Assembly (NCBI RefSeq): GCF_018977255.1
Contig: NW_024704742.1
Location: 89,716,001 to 89,780,000 of the forward strand
Origin: Callorhinchus milii
Lineage: Eukaryota
Length of the DNA: 64,000 nt
Reading direction: 5' to 3'
Of this stretch, positions 52,560 through 64,000 are shown one piece after another. The notes under the pieces were generated by a model. It worked only from the letters and a program-made list of their open reading frames with translations, had not been told where the DNA came from and did no database searches. Position 1 is the first letter of the stretch, and each line of letters begins with the position of its first letter. A program made the position numbers and the translations under genes.

Positions 52560-55500
52560 ACTCTGACTACCCTATCCCTCATTCCCGCCGGAAGGCCCAT
52601 TGGTCCCTAAACATGTGGGCAACTTCTCCTCCCTCATCCACATCTGCACCTTCCCTGTCAGTCTTCCCCTTCCTCCACCACATTCTGCCCCAACTGCCCC
52701 TACGAATTGGCCTACAAAATGTCCACTCCCTCTCCAACAAAATACTCACCGTCTAAGATCTCATTGTCAACTAAAACATCGACATTGTCGCCCTCACTGA
52801 AACCTAGATCATTCCAGGTGACACCTTCCCCCTGATAGAGGCCACACCACCCGGCTACACCTTCCACCACACCCCATGACCTAACCGCCGTGGTGGCGGC
52901 GTGGCTCTCATCTCCCGGTCCCCGCTTGGCTTATCCCCTTACTCCACTGGAACCTTCCCCTCCTTTGAGCAAATTATTCTTTATCACCCCTCCAACCTTA
53001 CCCTCAAAATTCTCCTTATCTATCGTCCCCCCCAAAACCCTCCCCCACTTACCTCCCTGACGTCTTCACCCTCCTATCTTTCCTCTCCCTCTGCTCTGAA
53101 CACCTCCTCATCCTTGATAACTTCAACCTTCACTTCACCCCCTCCTGCTCTACCTCTGCTGACTTCTCCTCCCTTATCTCTTCCCTCAACCTCTCCCTCC
53201 ACATCTACTCCACCATCCACATCTGCGGTCACCCCCTTGACCTGGTGATCACTCAGGACCTCACTGTTTCAGACCTCACCATCATCGCCAAAGTGATCTT
53301 GGACCATCACTCTTCATCTCCTTTAACTCCTCAATGCCTCTCCCCACCGCAACTAAACCCACCTCCATCTCCTACCACCCCTGGAGAAAAATCTCCCCCC
53401 CTCCCTCTCTGCTGCCTTGGAGTCTCCTGAACTCCTCTCCCTCTGGGCTTCCTCCTGCAATAAACTATCCCCCTCGGTCACTCTCCTTCACAACTCCCTC
53501 TCCACCATTCTTGATTCCCTTGCTCCCCTCACTTCCTGAACTGTCTCCTATTCACAAAAGTCACCCTGGTACACCAGCCCCCTCAGCTCCCTTAAAGCAC
53601 AGGTGTGTGCTGCTGAGCGCACCTGGCTTAAATCGAATTTAATGGTCCATCGGCAGATCTGGCTGGACCTTATCAAATCTTACCGCTCTGCCCTCACCTC
53701 CACTAAATTGTATTTCTTTTCCAAGACAATCTTGGAGGCCAAGGACAACCCCAGGCTCCTCTTCTCCATCACCAACACGCTCCTCTGCCCACCCTCTCGT
53801 GCCTCCCATCCTCAACTCCAACGCCACTGCAAGGCGATGTTGGAATTCCTCAAATACAAGGTCGAAGAGATCTGCTCAGCTGCCTCTGCCATTCCATCTA
53901 CTAGCCCCTCTCCATCTCCCCCTCACATGCCGGCCCCTACCCATTGCTCCCTCCACATGTTCAAACCTGTCTATCCCTTCCCTCCCACCACTACTATAAC
54001 CCACATGAAACTGACCACCTGCTCCTCAACCCCATCCCTACCCATGTTGTTACCTCCCAGCTCCTCCTCCTTGCCCCTCTACTCTTGGTGATTCCATAAA
54101 TCTTTCCCTGTTCACTGGCAGGCTGATAGAAGATCAGGGGAATGGGGGTTGCAAACAGAAGTTGAAAAATAGAGTTGGGTGGTGTCTGCATACAACAACT
54201 TGGATTTATATAGAGCCCTCCATGCCGGACGGCGTCTCAGAGCGGGTGACAAGAGACAGGTGGATGAGGCTGTCTGGCGGATGTTAAGTATCTTAGATAC
54301 GTGCAAATTTCCTTCAGCTGAACGTTGACAAGACAGAAACCATACTCTTTGGCTCCCGTCAACGTGGAGTCCTGTAGCTCAGTGGTTAGAGCACTCGCTT
54401 TGCAAGCGAGAGACCTGAGTTCAATTCCAGGCAGGTCAGGGCAAAACCTTGGGCAAGTTTCCTTACTCCACACAGAGCCTAATAATAATCCCTCCAAAAC
54501 CAAAAACAATAATAAATTGGTCATTTTCAATCTGCGACTGTTTGTGGGACATTGCTGTGCGCAATTGGCTGCCGCGTTCACCCACAAATATACAGTCAAT
54601 TCACTTTCCAGTGTGTTCTGTGAAGCACTTTGGGATGTCCTCCCGACATGAAAAGCGCTATATCAAATGCAAGGATTATTATTATTATTATAACATCTAA
54701 AATCTCACGGCTCTCACCTCCTCCACCTACCCAACCTCCCCCTAAAACTCTCCGAAACCGTATGCAACCTAGGTGTCAGGTTCGACCCCCAATCCTCAAA
54801 AAATCCTCCCTGGACCCAACTTTGCTCTCAAACTACCGCCCCACCTCCAACCTCCCTTTCCTCTCCAAGGTCCTAGAATGAGTCATTGCTTCCCAACTTT
54901 GCTCGATCCTCTCCCACCACTTTCTTCAACAACCCCTCCAATTGGGTTTCCATGCAGCCCACAGCACAGAAACAGCCCTGGTCAAAGTGACAAAAGACAT
55001 TCTGTCCATTTGTGACCAGGGCTCCCTCTGCCTCCTCGTCCTCCTTACCTCTTTGTTGCCTTCGACACCGTTGACCACTCTATCCTCATCCACCACCTAT
55101 CCTCTCACCTTCACGATTCTGTTCTTGAATGGTTCAGATCGTACCTCTCACACTGTCTTCATTTCATCTCCTCAAATGACTTCTCCTTTAGCCCCCGCAC
55201 CATCTTGTGTGACGTTCCTCAGGGCTCTGTCCTTGGTCCCCTCCTCTTCAATATCTATATGCTCCCTCTTGGTGACATCATCCACAGACATGAGGTCAAC
55301 TTTGACATGTATGCGGATGACACCCAACTGTACCTCTCTGCCTCCACCCTTGACTCCAGGACCACTGCTGTCCTTACAGAATGTCTATCAGACATCAAGT
55401 CCTGGATGAGAGCTAACTTTCTTCAGTTGAACATCAGCAAGACCAAGGCTGTCCTGATTGGCTCCTGTCAACCGTTCCAAACCCCAGGTGCTGACAGTAT

Positions 55501-56432
55501 CACTATCCACGGATGCTCAATCCACCTCACTGAGCCAATCGGGAACCTTGGTGTCTTGTTTGACCCTTGACTATTCCTTCTACCCCACATCCATGTCATG
55601 ACCCCTCTGCCTTCCCCTACCTCCGCAACATTACCAAACTCCACCATTATCTTACACTGTGGGTTGCCGAAACCCTCGGACACGCATTCATAACATCCAG
55701 GGTTGACTGCGCAAACTCCTTTCTTGTCAGCCTCCCCAACTCCTCTCTCCATAGGCTGCAGATCATCCAGAACTCTGCAACCCGTGTCCTCTCCTGTACC
55801 AGGCTCCATGACCCTATCACCCCCATCTTTGTCTAACTCCATTGGCTTCCCACCACACAGAGGATACAGTTCAAGGTCCTGGTCCTTTCCTTCAAAGTCC
55901 TCCATGGCCTCGCTCCCCCTCTACCTCTGCGACCTCCTAACCCTCTACCGTCATGCCCACTCCTTCCACTCAGTGAGCTCCGGCCTGCTTTACTTTCCCC
56001 TCACAAAATCGAGTTCAAAATTCTCATCCTCACCTTCAAGGCCCTGCATGGCCTTGCCACCTCTTATCTCTCCAACTTGCTAATCGCTTATCAACCTGTC
56101 CGCTCCCTCCGCTCAGTAGGCTCCGGCCTGCTCCATGTGCCCCACCCGCCCCGCCCCGCCCCATCATCGCCAGTCAGGCTTTCTGCCGCTCTACCCCGTC
56201 CCTCTGGAACTCCATCCCGCAGGCCCTCTGCCTCATCCCTTCCCTTGCCTTCTTCTAGACCCAGCTCAAGACCCTCTTCTTTGACTATACTTTTGATCAC
56301 CCTCTCTCCCCACCTGCCCTCTACCCTCCCTGATCCTGACCCCCAGTTCGGGACTGAAACATTGACTGTCCAGTGCCTTGGGACGTCCTTCCAGCGTGAA
56401 AGGCGCTATACAAATGTGATTTTGTTGTTGTT
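52560..56432 (+). mobile_element. Long L2 LINE relic (EN + RT + 3' tail), interrupted at ~54110-54700
   Basis: IGLQNVHSLSNK, RGGGVAL, IYRPP, NYRPTSNLPFLSKVLE, GFHAAHSTETALVKV, VPQGSVLGPLLF, YADDTQLY. Tail cttgggacgtccttccagcgtgaaaggcgctatacaaatgtgattttgttgttg. Confidence 0.95.
54364..54690 (+). mobile_element. tRNA-Ala-derived SINE with Deu-like core and L2 tail, full length, nested in L2
   Basis: Head gtagctcagtggttagagcactcgct-t-TGC-aagcgag...gagttcaattcc (Pol III A/B boxes); core ctgtttgtgggacattgctgtgcgcaattggctgcc; (TTA)n tail. Confidence 0.92.
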
Positions 56433-56969
56433 GGAATGTGTATTCTCTCCCTGGAGGCATGCATTCTCCTTACTTAAATGCAGAGAGGTTTAGGCATAGG
56501 TTGGCAAAACGCAAGGCTTGGGGACCCCAAAGTGTGTGTTATGGCACTCCTGGATTTCACCCACGTAGAAACCGTAACTTGCTTTTGAGGTTGCTGTCTG
56601 GCAAGCTTTTGTGCTCCTTGTCCAGCTAGGACCACCCTACCCATTAGGGCTTTGGGATCAGCAGTGCCCTGGAATACTGTGCCTTGCTCAGGAACCGGAC
56701 CACAGAGTCCACCACATAGGATTGACTTGATTCTGCCATTCCATTGCCAAACATGTCACCTTGTTCAGGTTCAGCTTCAAGGACACTCCATTTACCTCCT
56801 CGCAAGGAGGATATAGCACCTTTCATGCCAGGAGGATGTCTACTATTTTAGATTACTCACATTTCCTAAATTCAATCTAGAAAGTGAGTAATCCAGAATA
56901 GTAGATATCCTCCTGACATGAAAGGTGCTATATCAAATGCAAGTATTATAATTTTACTATTGTTCTAAG

Positions 56970-57385
56970 AATAATAATCCTTGCATTTGATATAGCACCT
57001 TATCAGATCTTCGAGACGTCTCAAAACGCATCACAGAATATACTGTAAAGTGAGTTGACAGTATATTTTGTGGATCAAACTAGGTGACCAATTGCACACA
57101 GCAGTGTCTCACAACCAGTCGTGGATTTAGTGAACAAATTATTATTTTTTAAAAAAAAATTTAAGGGATTATTACAGCAACAAACGACAGATTACATTTG
57201 TATACATTTGTATTTCACCCCTGGAAAAGCAATCTATCAAATGATTAACAACCAGGTTCCTAATTACTGCTAGATAAACAGAGGAGTTTTGAGTAAGGAA
57301 ACTTACTCCACTTGTCTAAGTTTCCGCCCTGCCTGGGAATTGAATCCTCTCGCTTACAATGCGAAAGCTTTAGCTACAGGATCCA
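56970..57385 (-). mobile_element. tRNA-derived SINE
   Basis: Tail ataataatccttgcatttg; head ...gctacaggatcca. Confidence 0.8.
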
Positions 57386-57694
57386 TGCAATACTTTATAA
57401 CTCTCTCTGCCAAGTCATCCGAAGCTTTATTATCGACTCAAAGTAAAGAAATGCACATCTGACATCTCCAAAATGAATTTTCCCTTCAAATAAATAAACC
57501 AATTAAGGATGTGTGTATTAAATGTCACAATGTTGAGCAGATGCCAAGTAGCAAAAGTAATTTTGTCAGATCATCATCTTATTAAACACATCTGATAAAT
57601 ATAGTTTAAATGTACCTATTTTTGGCGTGGCCTTACTTTCACTATTCAGGAACTCCCAGTCTTTCGTGCTCACATACATATATTATTCAATATC

Positions 57695-58075
57695 AGTCTC
57701 AGTTTGTCGCACTCTCCCCTCTGAGTCAGAAGATTGGAGGTTCAAGCCCCACGTCACAAATTTGAACTCAGCCTCTAGGCTGACACTCCAGTGCAGTGAT
57801 GGAGAGGGCTGCATTGTGAGAGGTGCTATCCTTGGGATGAGATATCATACCACAAATGAGGTTCCCTCCATCTGTTCAGGTGGACGTTCCTGGTGTTTCT
57901 GGATAACAATCTCTCCCACACCCCCATTAAAAAAATTGGTGACTCACTTCATGGCTGTTTGTGGTGCTTGTTCTGTGTGCAAAACATCACTTCCACAACA
58001 AATACACAGTAAAATCCTGTGAGGCATATTGAGATGATGTGACGGACTGTATCAAATGCAAGGATTATTATCATT
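57695..58075 (+). mobile_element. DeuSINE (SacSINE1-like)
   Basis: ctctgagtcagaagattggaggttcaagcccc head; tgttcaggtggacg; L2 tail. Partial copies also at ~14790-15035(-), 29075-29365(+), 31315-31572(+) and 43335-43605(-). Confidence 0.78.
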
Positions 58076-58469
58076 ACTTTGATTTTCAACATACTGAAAA
58101 CTTGAAAGCATTGGCTCTTACCACACTATTTCCCCCTCCCCATCATTTCTTCATTGATAGTAAAAAAAATTCTAATCAAGTAATTTATATTTTTAAAAAA
58201 TGCATAGAAACAAGAACAGAAGCAGTGTTTGAAAAGACTAAAATAGATTTAGTGTTTTCGGGATAACAGCCTATTTTTCTCGTTTTGATGCTGGCTGACT
58301 GGCGAGGGATTGATTACAATGTAACTATATCATATTAAAACAGCAGAATATTCTCTAAATTTAATCTAGAATGTGAGCTTTTTTTTCCATACAGATCAGT
58401 CTCACTCACATTGATATAGATGAGAACTTCAACCACCTTTATTATTCTGTGTGCATTGAAGGAGTTAGG

Positions 58470-58822
58470 TGGCATCCTGGACTTGACCCGCTGGACCCTG
58501 AATATGAATCAAGCCCTCCTCTGCCTGTTGGCTGTAAAATAAATGTCAGCCCACAGCACAAAATTAACTTAATACAGCATAGTGCTGGCTCTCTCACTGA
58601 GAGGGATCAAGGGTGTGGGAAATGGGACTGAGATGAAATCAGTGTGGTGCAAGGCAATCTTCTGAAGTTGGGTGTAAAGCCCATTATTGGTGGGAAGTTG
58701 GATCTAAGGCATTAAATCCTCTGTAAGCTGACTAGGGAGTGCTTGGTATTGACCTTCGGTGTCCACTACAGAGAGCATCCCATTCTTCAACACTCAAAAT
58801 CCCTCAACATAATGGGCACACC
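58470..58822 (+). mobile_element. Ancient LF-SINE-related element (tentative)
   Basis: ctcctctgcctgttggctgtaa and gactagggagtgcttggtattgac...cccattcttcaacact resemble, from memory, LF-SINE-like shark repeats. Confidence 0.4.
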
Positions 58823-61087
58823 AAATATGAAGTATAAATCTCACATTGTAGGTTTTTCTTTGATCTATTTGTGTGTGTGAATACTTGCGTGACTAAGCTA
58901 ATGTGCTGTTAGGAACTTTATTTCACGGTGGTGGGGAAGGGAGAGACAGGGGAAATGAGGCAGTTAAAAAAATCAAAGCAATGTTTCTAACCGCATTTTA
59001 AAATGTTTTGCAGCTTTTGGGAGAATGTTGAAGTCAATATTTTTGTGAGTAAAATTACACAAGAGTTTAGATTTACTGTCTTTATTTATTTTATTTCAGA
59101 GCATCCAGAATTTTTCAGAATGTGCTCTAGGTTGCTTTTACGGACTATAGAATATGGACTTAAACATTAAAAAGGAATTCAACAATTTGCCAAATTTGGC
59201 ACACACTATAATAATAATCCTTATATTTGGTACAGCACCTTTTATGTCAGGATACAATGTAAACAATAATACTAATTATAATCCTTGCATTTGATATAAC
59301 AACTTATCACATTATTCAAATGTCTCAAAGCTTCTCAGTGAATTGACTGTATATTTTTATTTTACCTTTTGTAATCTGCATGTTTTAAGATAGATGAAAA
59401 TGTGTAGAGGCTACACAATGCATTCCATGTCAAAATGCATTATGAAATATTAAAAATTTCTTCCCTATTTTAGTTAGTAACCAATTCAACCATTTTATTA
59501 TATTTTGAGGAAGAGCTTACTGCTATAACTTTAAAGTCAGAACAGTGTAAATGATCATAATTTCTGTGGCTATCAAATCATCTTATGGCAAATATCGTAT
59601 AGCATAATAATACTAATCCTCGCATTTGATAATAGCACATACATTACGAAAATTTTCTTCTAGCAATTGCTATCCAGTTTAGTGACTTTGTCGATAAACA
59701 GCAGTTAAACTCATTTCAGAATCTTATTTGTATTCTTTGAAAATTTGTGATGTGTTTTGCATTTATTTGTGATGTTTATCTTATTCTGAATAATTTGTTG
59801 TGCAAAATGTTCAATTAGACACTGTTATTACAAAAGAAGCAAGATATAAACCAAGTGATCTGAATCACAGAGGGGTATTTTGCAAGCATAATTTTGCATA
59901 TTTATACAATGAGACAAATTAAAAACCGTCAATATAATACACCTACCTCAAGCACAAAAAACACTTGACAACACTTATATAATAGCAGCGTAACATCTCA
60001 GAAAATTCCATTGTACAAATACACAAGGGAGAAAAGAATAGAGCGTAAATTGGAGGCTCAGGAGAGGTGATTAGGATGGGTGGAGACTCCTGTGGAATAT
60101 AAACACTAGTACAGACTAGTTAGGCTGAATGGCCTGTTTCAGTGCTTTAGGTTCTATGTAATTCTATGGAGTTGTTGATCTGAGGGTAGTTCCCCCAAAA
60201 CTTTACAAGCAGGAAAAAAGCAAGTGTTGAGGTACTTTACAACAATAAAAACAAACTTCTACAATCTCATCCTCTGCCTGCCAGAAACCAGAATGATAAA
60301 GACAATTAGATTACACACATGTAACAAAAGCAGGTTTACAGCTCACATATCATATATAGACTTGATATCCTAGAATAATATCCCTTGCATTTGATATAGC
60401 AGCTTATCACGTCTTGGGACACCTCAAAGGGCTTCACGGAATTTTACTGTGAAGTGTTCTGACTGTGTATTTTGTGCCAGCCAATCTGCGCACAACAGTG
60501 TCACACAAACAGCCATGAAATGAAATGAGCAATTTTATTTTGGTGGATTATTGGCCAAGACCGTGAGCAATGCTTTAATTCAGTAAGAATTTTGATAAAT
60601 CCTGAAGAGGGAGGACTATTTCATCATCAAGCACAAAATTTAATTAAAAACTTTTCTTTTCCACTATCCACTTGACAGAGGCAGAATATCACTGCATTGA
60701 TGTCAGTGGCAACAGATGTTGTGGCAAGTCAATGGACAACTAAATGATTCTGACCTACAGTCCATCTTTGTTGCTGTCCAGATCTTAAAAGACAATTTCA
60801 GCTGCAACATCCTCTGGTTCTGCATCATACAATGCCAGGTGCTTTGAGTGCAAGGAAAAAGAAAGGCAAATGAGTTATGCGAGATACAAAAAGAGAACAG
60901 AATACCAGCGGAATACCCAGTATACTTTCCAAAAAAATGATAAAGTCTCCAACAAATTATGAATCCTTCCCTCTGACGTTTTTTTACATGTGTGGTCAGC
61001 TGCATGTCTGACACACACTGACATCTGTTCCATACTTAAGAGTATCCAAACCAAACTGCCGAGAGTTGATAATCCTAATCCTTATAT

Positions 61088-61305
61088 AATAAAAAGAGAA
61101 GTTGCTGGGAACATGCAGCAGGTCAGACAGCATCTATGGGGGGAGGAAAATGAGTTAACGTTTCAGGATGATAACCTTTTGTCAGGATATTGACCTGAAA
61201 TGTTAACTCATTTTCTTCTCTCCATAAATGCTGCCTGAATTGCTATGTGTTCCCAGCAACTTTTCTTTTTATTTCCGATTTCCAGCGTCTGCAGTATTTT
61301 GCCTT
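61088..61305. mobile_element. Penelope-type palindromic terminal-repeat element
   Basis: ~80-bp inverted arms (gttgctgggaac...gagttaacgtttcagg / cctgaaatgttaactc...gttcccagcaac), followed by tttccagcgtctgcagtatttt. Confidence 0.7.
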
Positions 61306-61699
61306 TTATCCTAATCCTTACATTTGGTAAAATACCTTTCACATCGGGAGGTCATCTCAAAGCACTTCACAGGAGAGACGATAAAGTGTAGTGACTATGT
61401 GCTTTGTGGGGAGCCAATTTACGCGCAGCAATGTCCTACGAACAGCCATGTAATTGTTACAGACTCAGTTTCAACAGCCATTTGCATTAAAGTAACAATC
61501 TCTAATGAATTGCATATAAAGGGTATTAAAACAGCAAAGTTTTGAAAATAAAATATTCTAATTTCTCACGCATATAAACTAAAGTTTCTGCAGCTCCTGG
61601 CACAATGCACTATAGTACTAATAAAGGCATTATGCAGAAGACAAGTATGATAAATATGAATTAGATAATTATTATTATTAATAATAATACAAATTGGAT

Positions 61700-61845
61700 A
61701 ATTATTTGGGGACGACAAGTTTGCAGGGCTATGGGGAGAGAGCGGGGGAGTGGGATTGAATTGGATAGCTCTTTTCAAACAGCCAGCACAGACACGATGG
61801 GCCGAATGGCCTACTTCTGTGCTGTATAATTGCACGATTCTATGA
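61700..61845 (+). mobile_element. CR1 3' tail fragment
   Basis: gggctatggggagag...gatgggccgaatggcctacttctgtgctgta. Confidence 0.75.
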
Positions 61846-62089
61846 AATTGTATATTATTAGCTGAACACTTTAGGGATGAAGTGAAAATAAAATAGAAAA
61901 AACACTGCACTGCCTTGAAACATTTTTTAAATCAATTGTGGCCCAATTCAAAACTATAGAACAGGTGCCCTTTAAAATAGAGAAAAGTGCCCTTTAAAAT
62001 TTTTTTTAAAATTCCAAATACATCCTCAAAGGATGCCATTAAGGGCATCAGCCAAGCATGGTGGTATGGTGACTGAATAGAAACAGTCT

Positions 62090-62565
62090 GGATGTACTCA
62101 GTCCAACTTTCCATTGTGCTGGAACACAACGCCGCAAATCCTCAGGTTAGTTCCAATGCTTGAAAGCCTATCCTAGGGGACTCTTCCAATTTCATGCTAT
62201 GTGCTGCCCTTAAGTTGATCCAGTGCATTGCTCTTCTCACCTCCTACAGTTTACCTCCAGGGATAGCATCACAAGGACTAGTGAATGGGTAGTGAAAACA
62301 GAATCCAGCTGCTCCATGCAGTAAGAAATGAAGTAGTCACAGGGGAATATTTCCTCAGGTCACCCAAGCATGACATTACTTATGTCAGTTGTAGCTCCAT
62401 ATTGCTGAAAGATAGTGGCATTGACATCAACTGCTTTCAACTTCTTCTGCTGCACAAAGTGCAGATCCATAGGTATTTGTAACCACATGACCATCCTAGT
62501 TTTCCAGTGACCATTGAATGGGACTCAAGGTCTTTTTTCCTGCAGTGGAAGTAATGCAACACTTT
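62090..62565 (-). mobile_element. Tc1/mariner transposase fossil (DD41D/rosa-like catalytic region)
   Basis: Manual minus-strand translation across stops and frameshifts: CCITSTAG..LSP..LEN*DGHVVT; IFQQYGATTDISNVMLG*PEEIFP..FIS; SPCDAIPGGKL*E; LDQLK..HEIGRVP..HNGK. Confidence 0.75.
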
Positions 62566-62959
62566 CACCTCCCGGAACATCTGATCTTTCCAAGATTTTT
62601 CCATGTACCCACTAAAGCATCATTCATGTCCGTGACTGCCGCTGTTTTCTTCTGAAGAGTGTGCACCAAAATTGCTCTACGTGAATTATTGACTTTTTGC
62701 TAACATTCAGTCAAGCTTTAATCTTCAACTTGCAGAAAAAAGTCCAGTTTTCTAGACATAACAATCAATGCACTATCACAGACGTTTTAGCACATATATT
62801 GGCATAAATCATATCAATGGTACTTCCAAAATAATTCAACAACTTGTATTTATGTAGGACCGTTTATGCCGGACAGCTTTTCGAGCACTTAACATTGGAG
62901 GAGGCAGAATGCCAAGCTGGGGGTAGGGAGAACAGGAAGGTCATCAGTTGTGATCTATA

Positions 62960-63465
62960 TTTTTTTTGGTCAGCTTGGTGTCTGACACCCGCAGAAACCT
63001 ATCACCATGCGTAAGTGAATCCAATCCAAGCTGAGATTTCTATGCATCCCACCTGCACATGGAAATCCCAGAGATCGATTGTTGGAATGGAATGCGCACT
63101 CGCTCTTACTGTTGGAGTCTAACCAGCTAAAACCATATAGCTTGCCATTGATAGTGTTGTCTGGCTAGCTTTCCCGCTGCTTGTCCAGCTAGAACCAACC
63201 TACCTGTTAGGGCTTTGGCTTGCAGTGTTAACAGGAGCTGAGTGGGATTGACTCCCTGCCCCCAGGGACTGGTCAAATTCCTCTTTGCTGATGAGCCAGG
63301 CTGACTGTACTGTCATCAGTAGTGCCTGAATACTGCCCAGCTGGCTCAGGAAGCAGTCTACCGAGACCGCCACAGAGGGCTGGCACCATTCCGACATTCC
63401 ACTGCCAGGCATATCATCTTGGAGCCAGTTCAGCTCAAAGAAGACCCCACTTATCTCCCAAGGAG
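62960..63465 (-). mobile_element. Unclassified poly(A)-tailed retroposon copy
   Basis: T8 run then ggtcagcttggtgtctgacac; colinear with 30573-31200 apart from an internal deletion. Confidence 0.75.
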
Positions 63466-63469
63466 TCCT

Positions 63470-63799
63470 GTGGAGTCCTGTAGCTCAGTGGTTAGAGCAC
63501 TCGCTTTGCAAGTGAGAGACCCGAGTTCAATTCCAGGCAGGGCGAAACCTTGGGCAAGTTTCCTTACTCCACATGCCTAATAAAATAATCCCTCCAAAAA
63601 ACCAAAAACAATAATAAATTGGGTCATTTTCAATCTATGACTGTTTGTGGGACATTGCTGTGCGCATTTGGCTGCCGAGTTCGCCCACATATATACAGTC
63701 AATTCACTTTACAGTGTGTTCTGTGAAGCGCTTTGGGACGTCCTCCCGACGTGAAAAGCGCTATATCAAATGCAAGGATTATTATTATTATTATTATTA
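63470..63799 (+). mobile_element. tRNA-Ala-derived SINE, full length
   Basis: Closely similar to 54364-54690; aaggag occurs near both ends. Confidence 0.92.
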
Positions 63800-64000
63800 A
63801 GGAGGATAGAGTCGTGATCCAGAAGAGGGGAAGTAAGCGGCAAGGCGGAGAGATTGGTGGAGAGAGTTCCAAAGCTTCAGGATATTATCAAAATGTAGGA
63901 AAATCCACTTTGAAGCTTGTTTTTACAAGTATAGGTTAAATTGTAAAATTGAAATAGTGCTAGAGAGCAGATATTTGAGGAGTACACTTGTGTGTGAGAG

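Noticed and set aside
54364..54440. tRNA-Ala(TGC) gene
   Set aside because: It has no proper acceptor stem, runs straight into the SINE body and recurs in many diverged copies, so it is a SINE head.
52560..56432. Active autonomous L2
   Set aside because: Numerous stops and frameshifts, nested insertions and no intact ORF2.

Overview
This is repeat-dense vertebrate genomic DNA, very probably from a cartilaginous fish. The mix of tRNA-Ala-headed Deu-type SINEs with L2 tails, L2 and CR1 LINE relics and Penelope-type palindromes points to a chimaera/elephant-shark-like genome (inference). I see no operon, CRISPR array, intact RNA gene or intact transposon. Most of the window looks like one long intron. 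The only well-formed coding exon is an 87-nt, phase-0/0 minus-strand exon at 3323-3409 (ELLGEVKQVDLASFPESGWDSLKDKYRRK), whose gene I cannot name. Nearly all ORF-track entries are LINE relics or chance frames. Highlights: (1) an unclassified ~650-bp poly(A)-tailed retroposon family with about 8 copies; (2) a DD41D/rosa-like Tc1/mariner transposase fossil missed by the ORF track; (3) a ~97%-identical inverted templated copy of an L2 segment inserted into a CR1 tail; (4) fold-back hairpins built from SINE/L2 tails; (5) a ZNF143-site plus RFX X-box cluster near the exon. I could not support a genuinely new biological system. Repeat boundaries are by-eye estimates.
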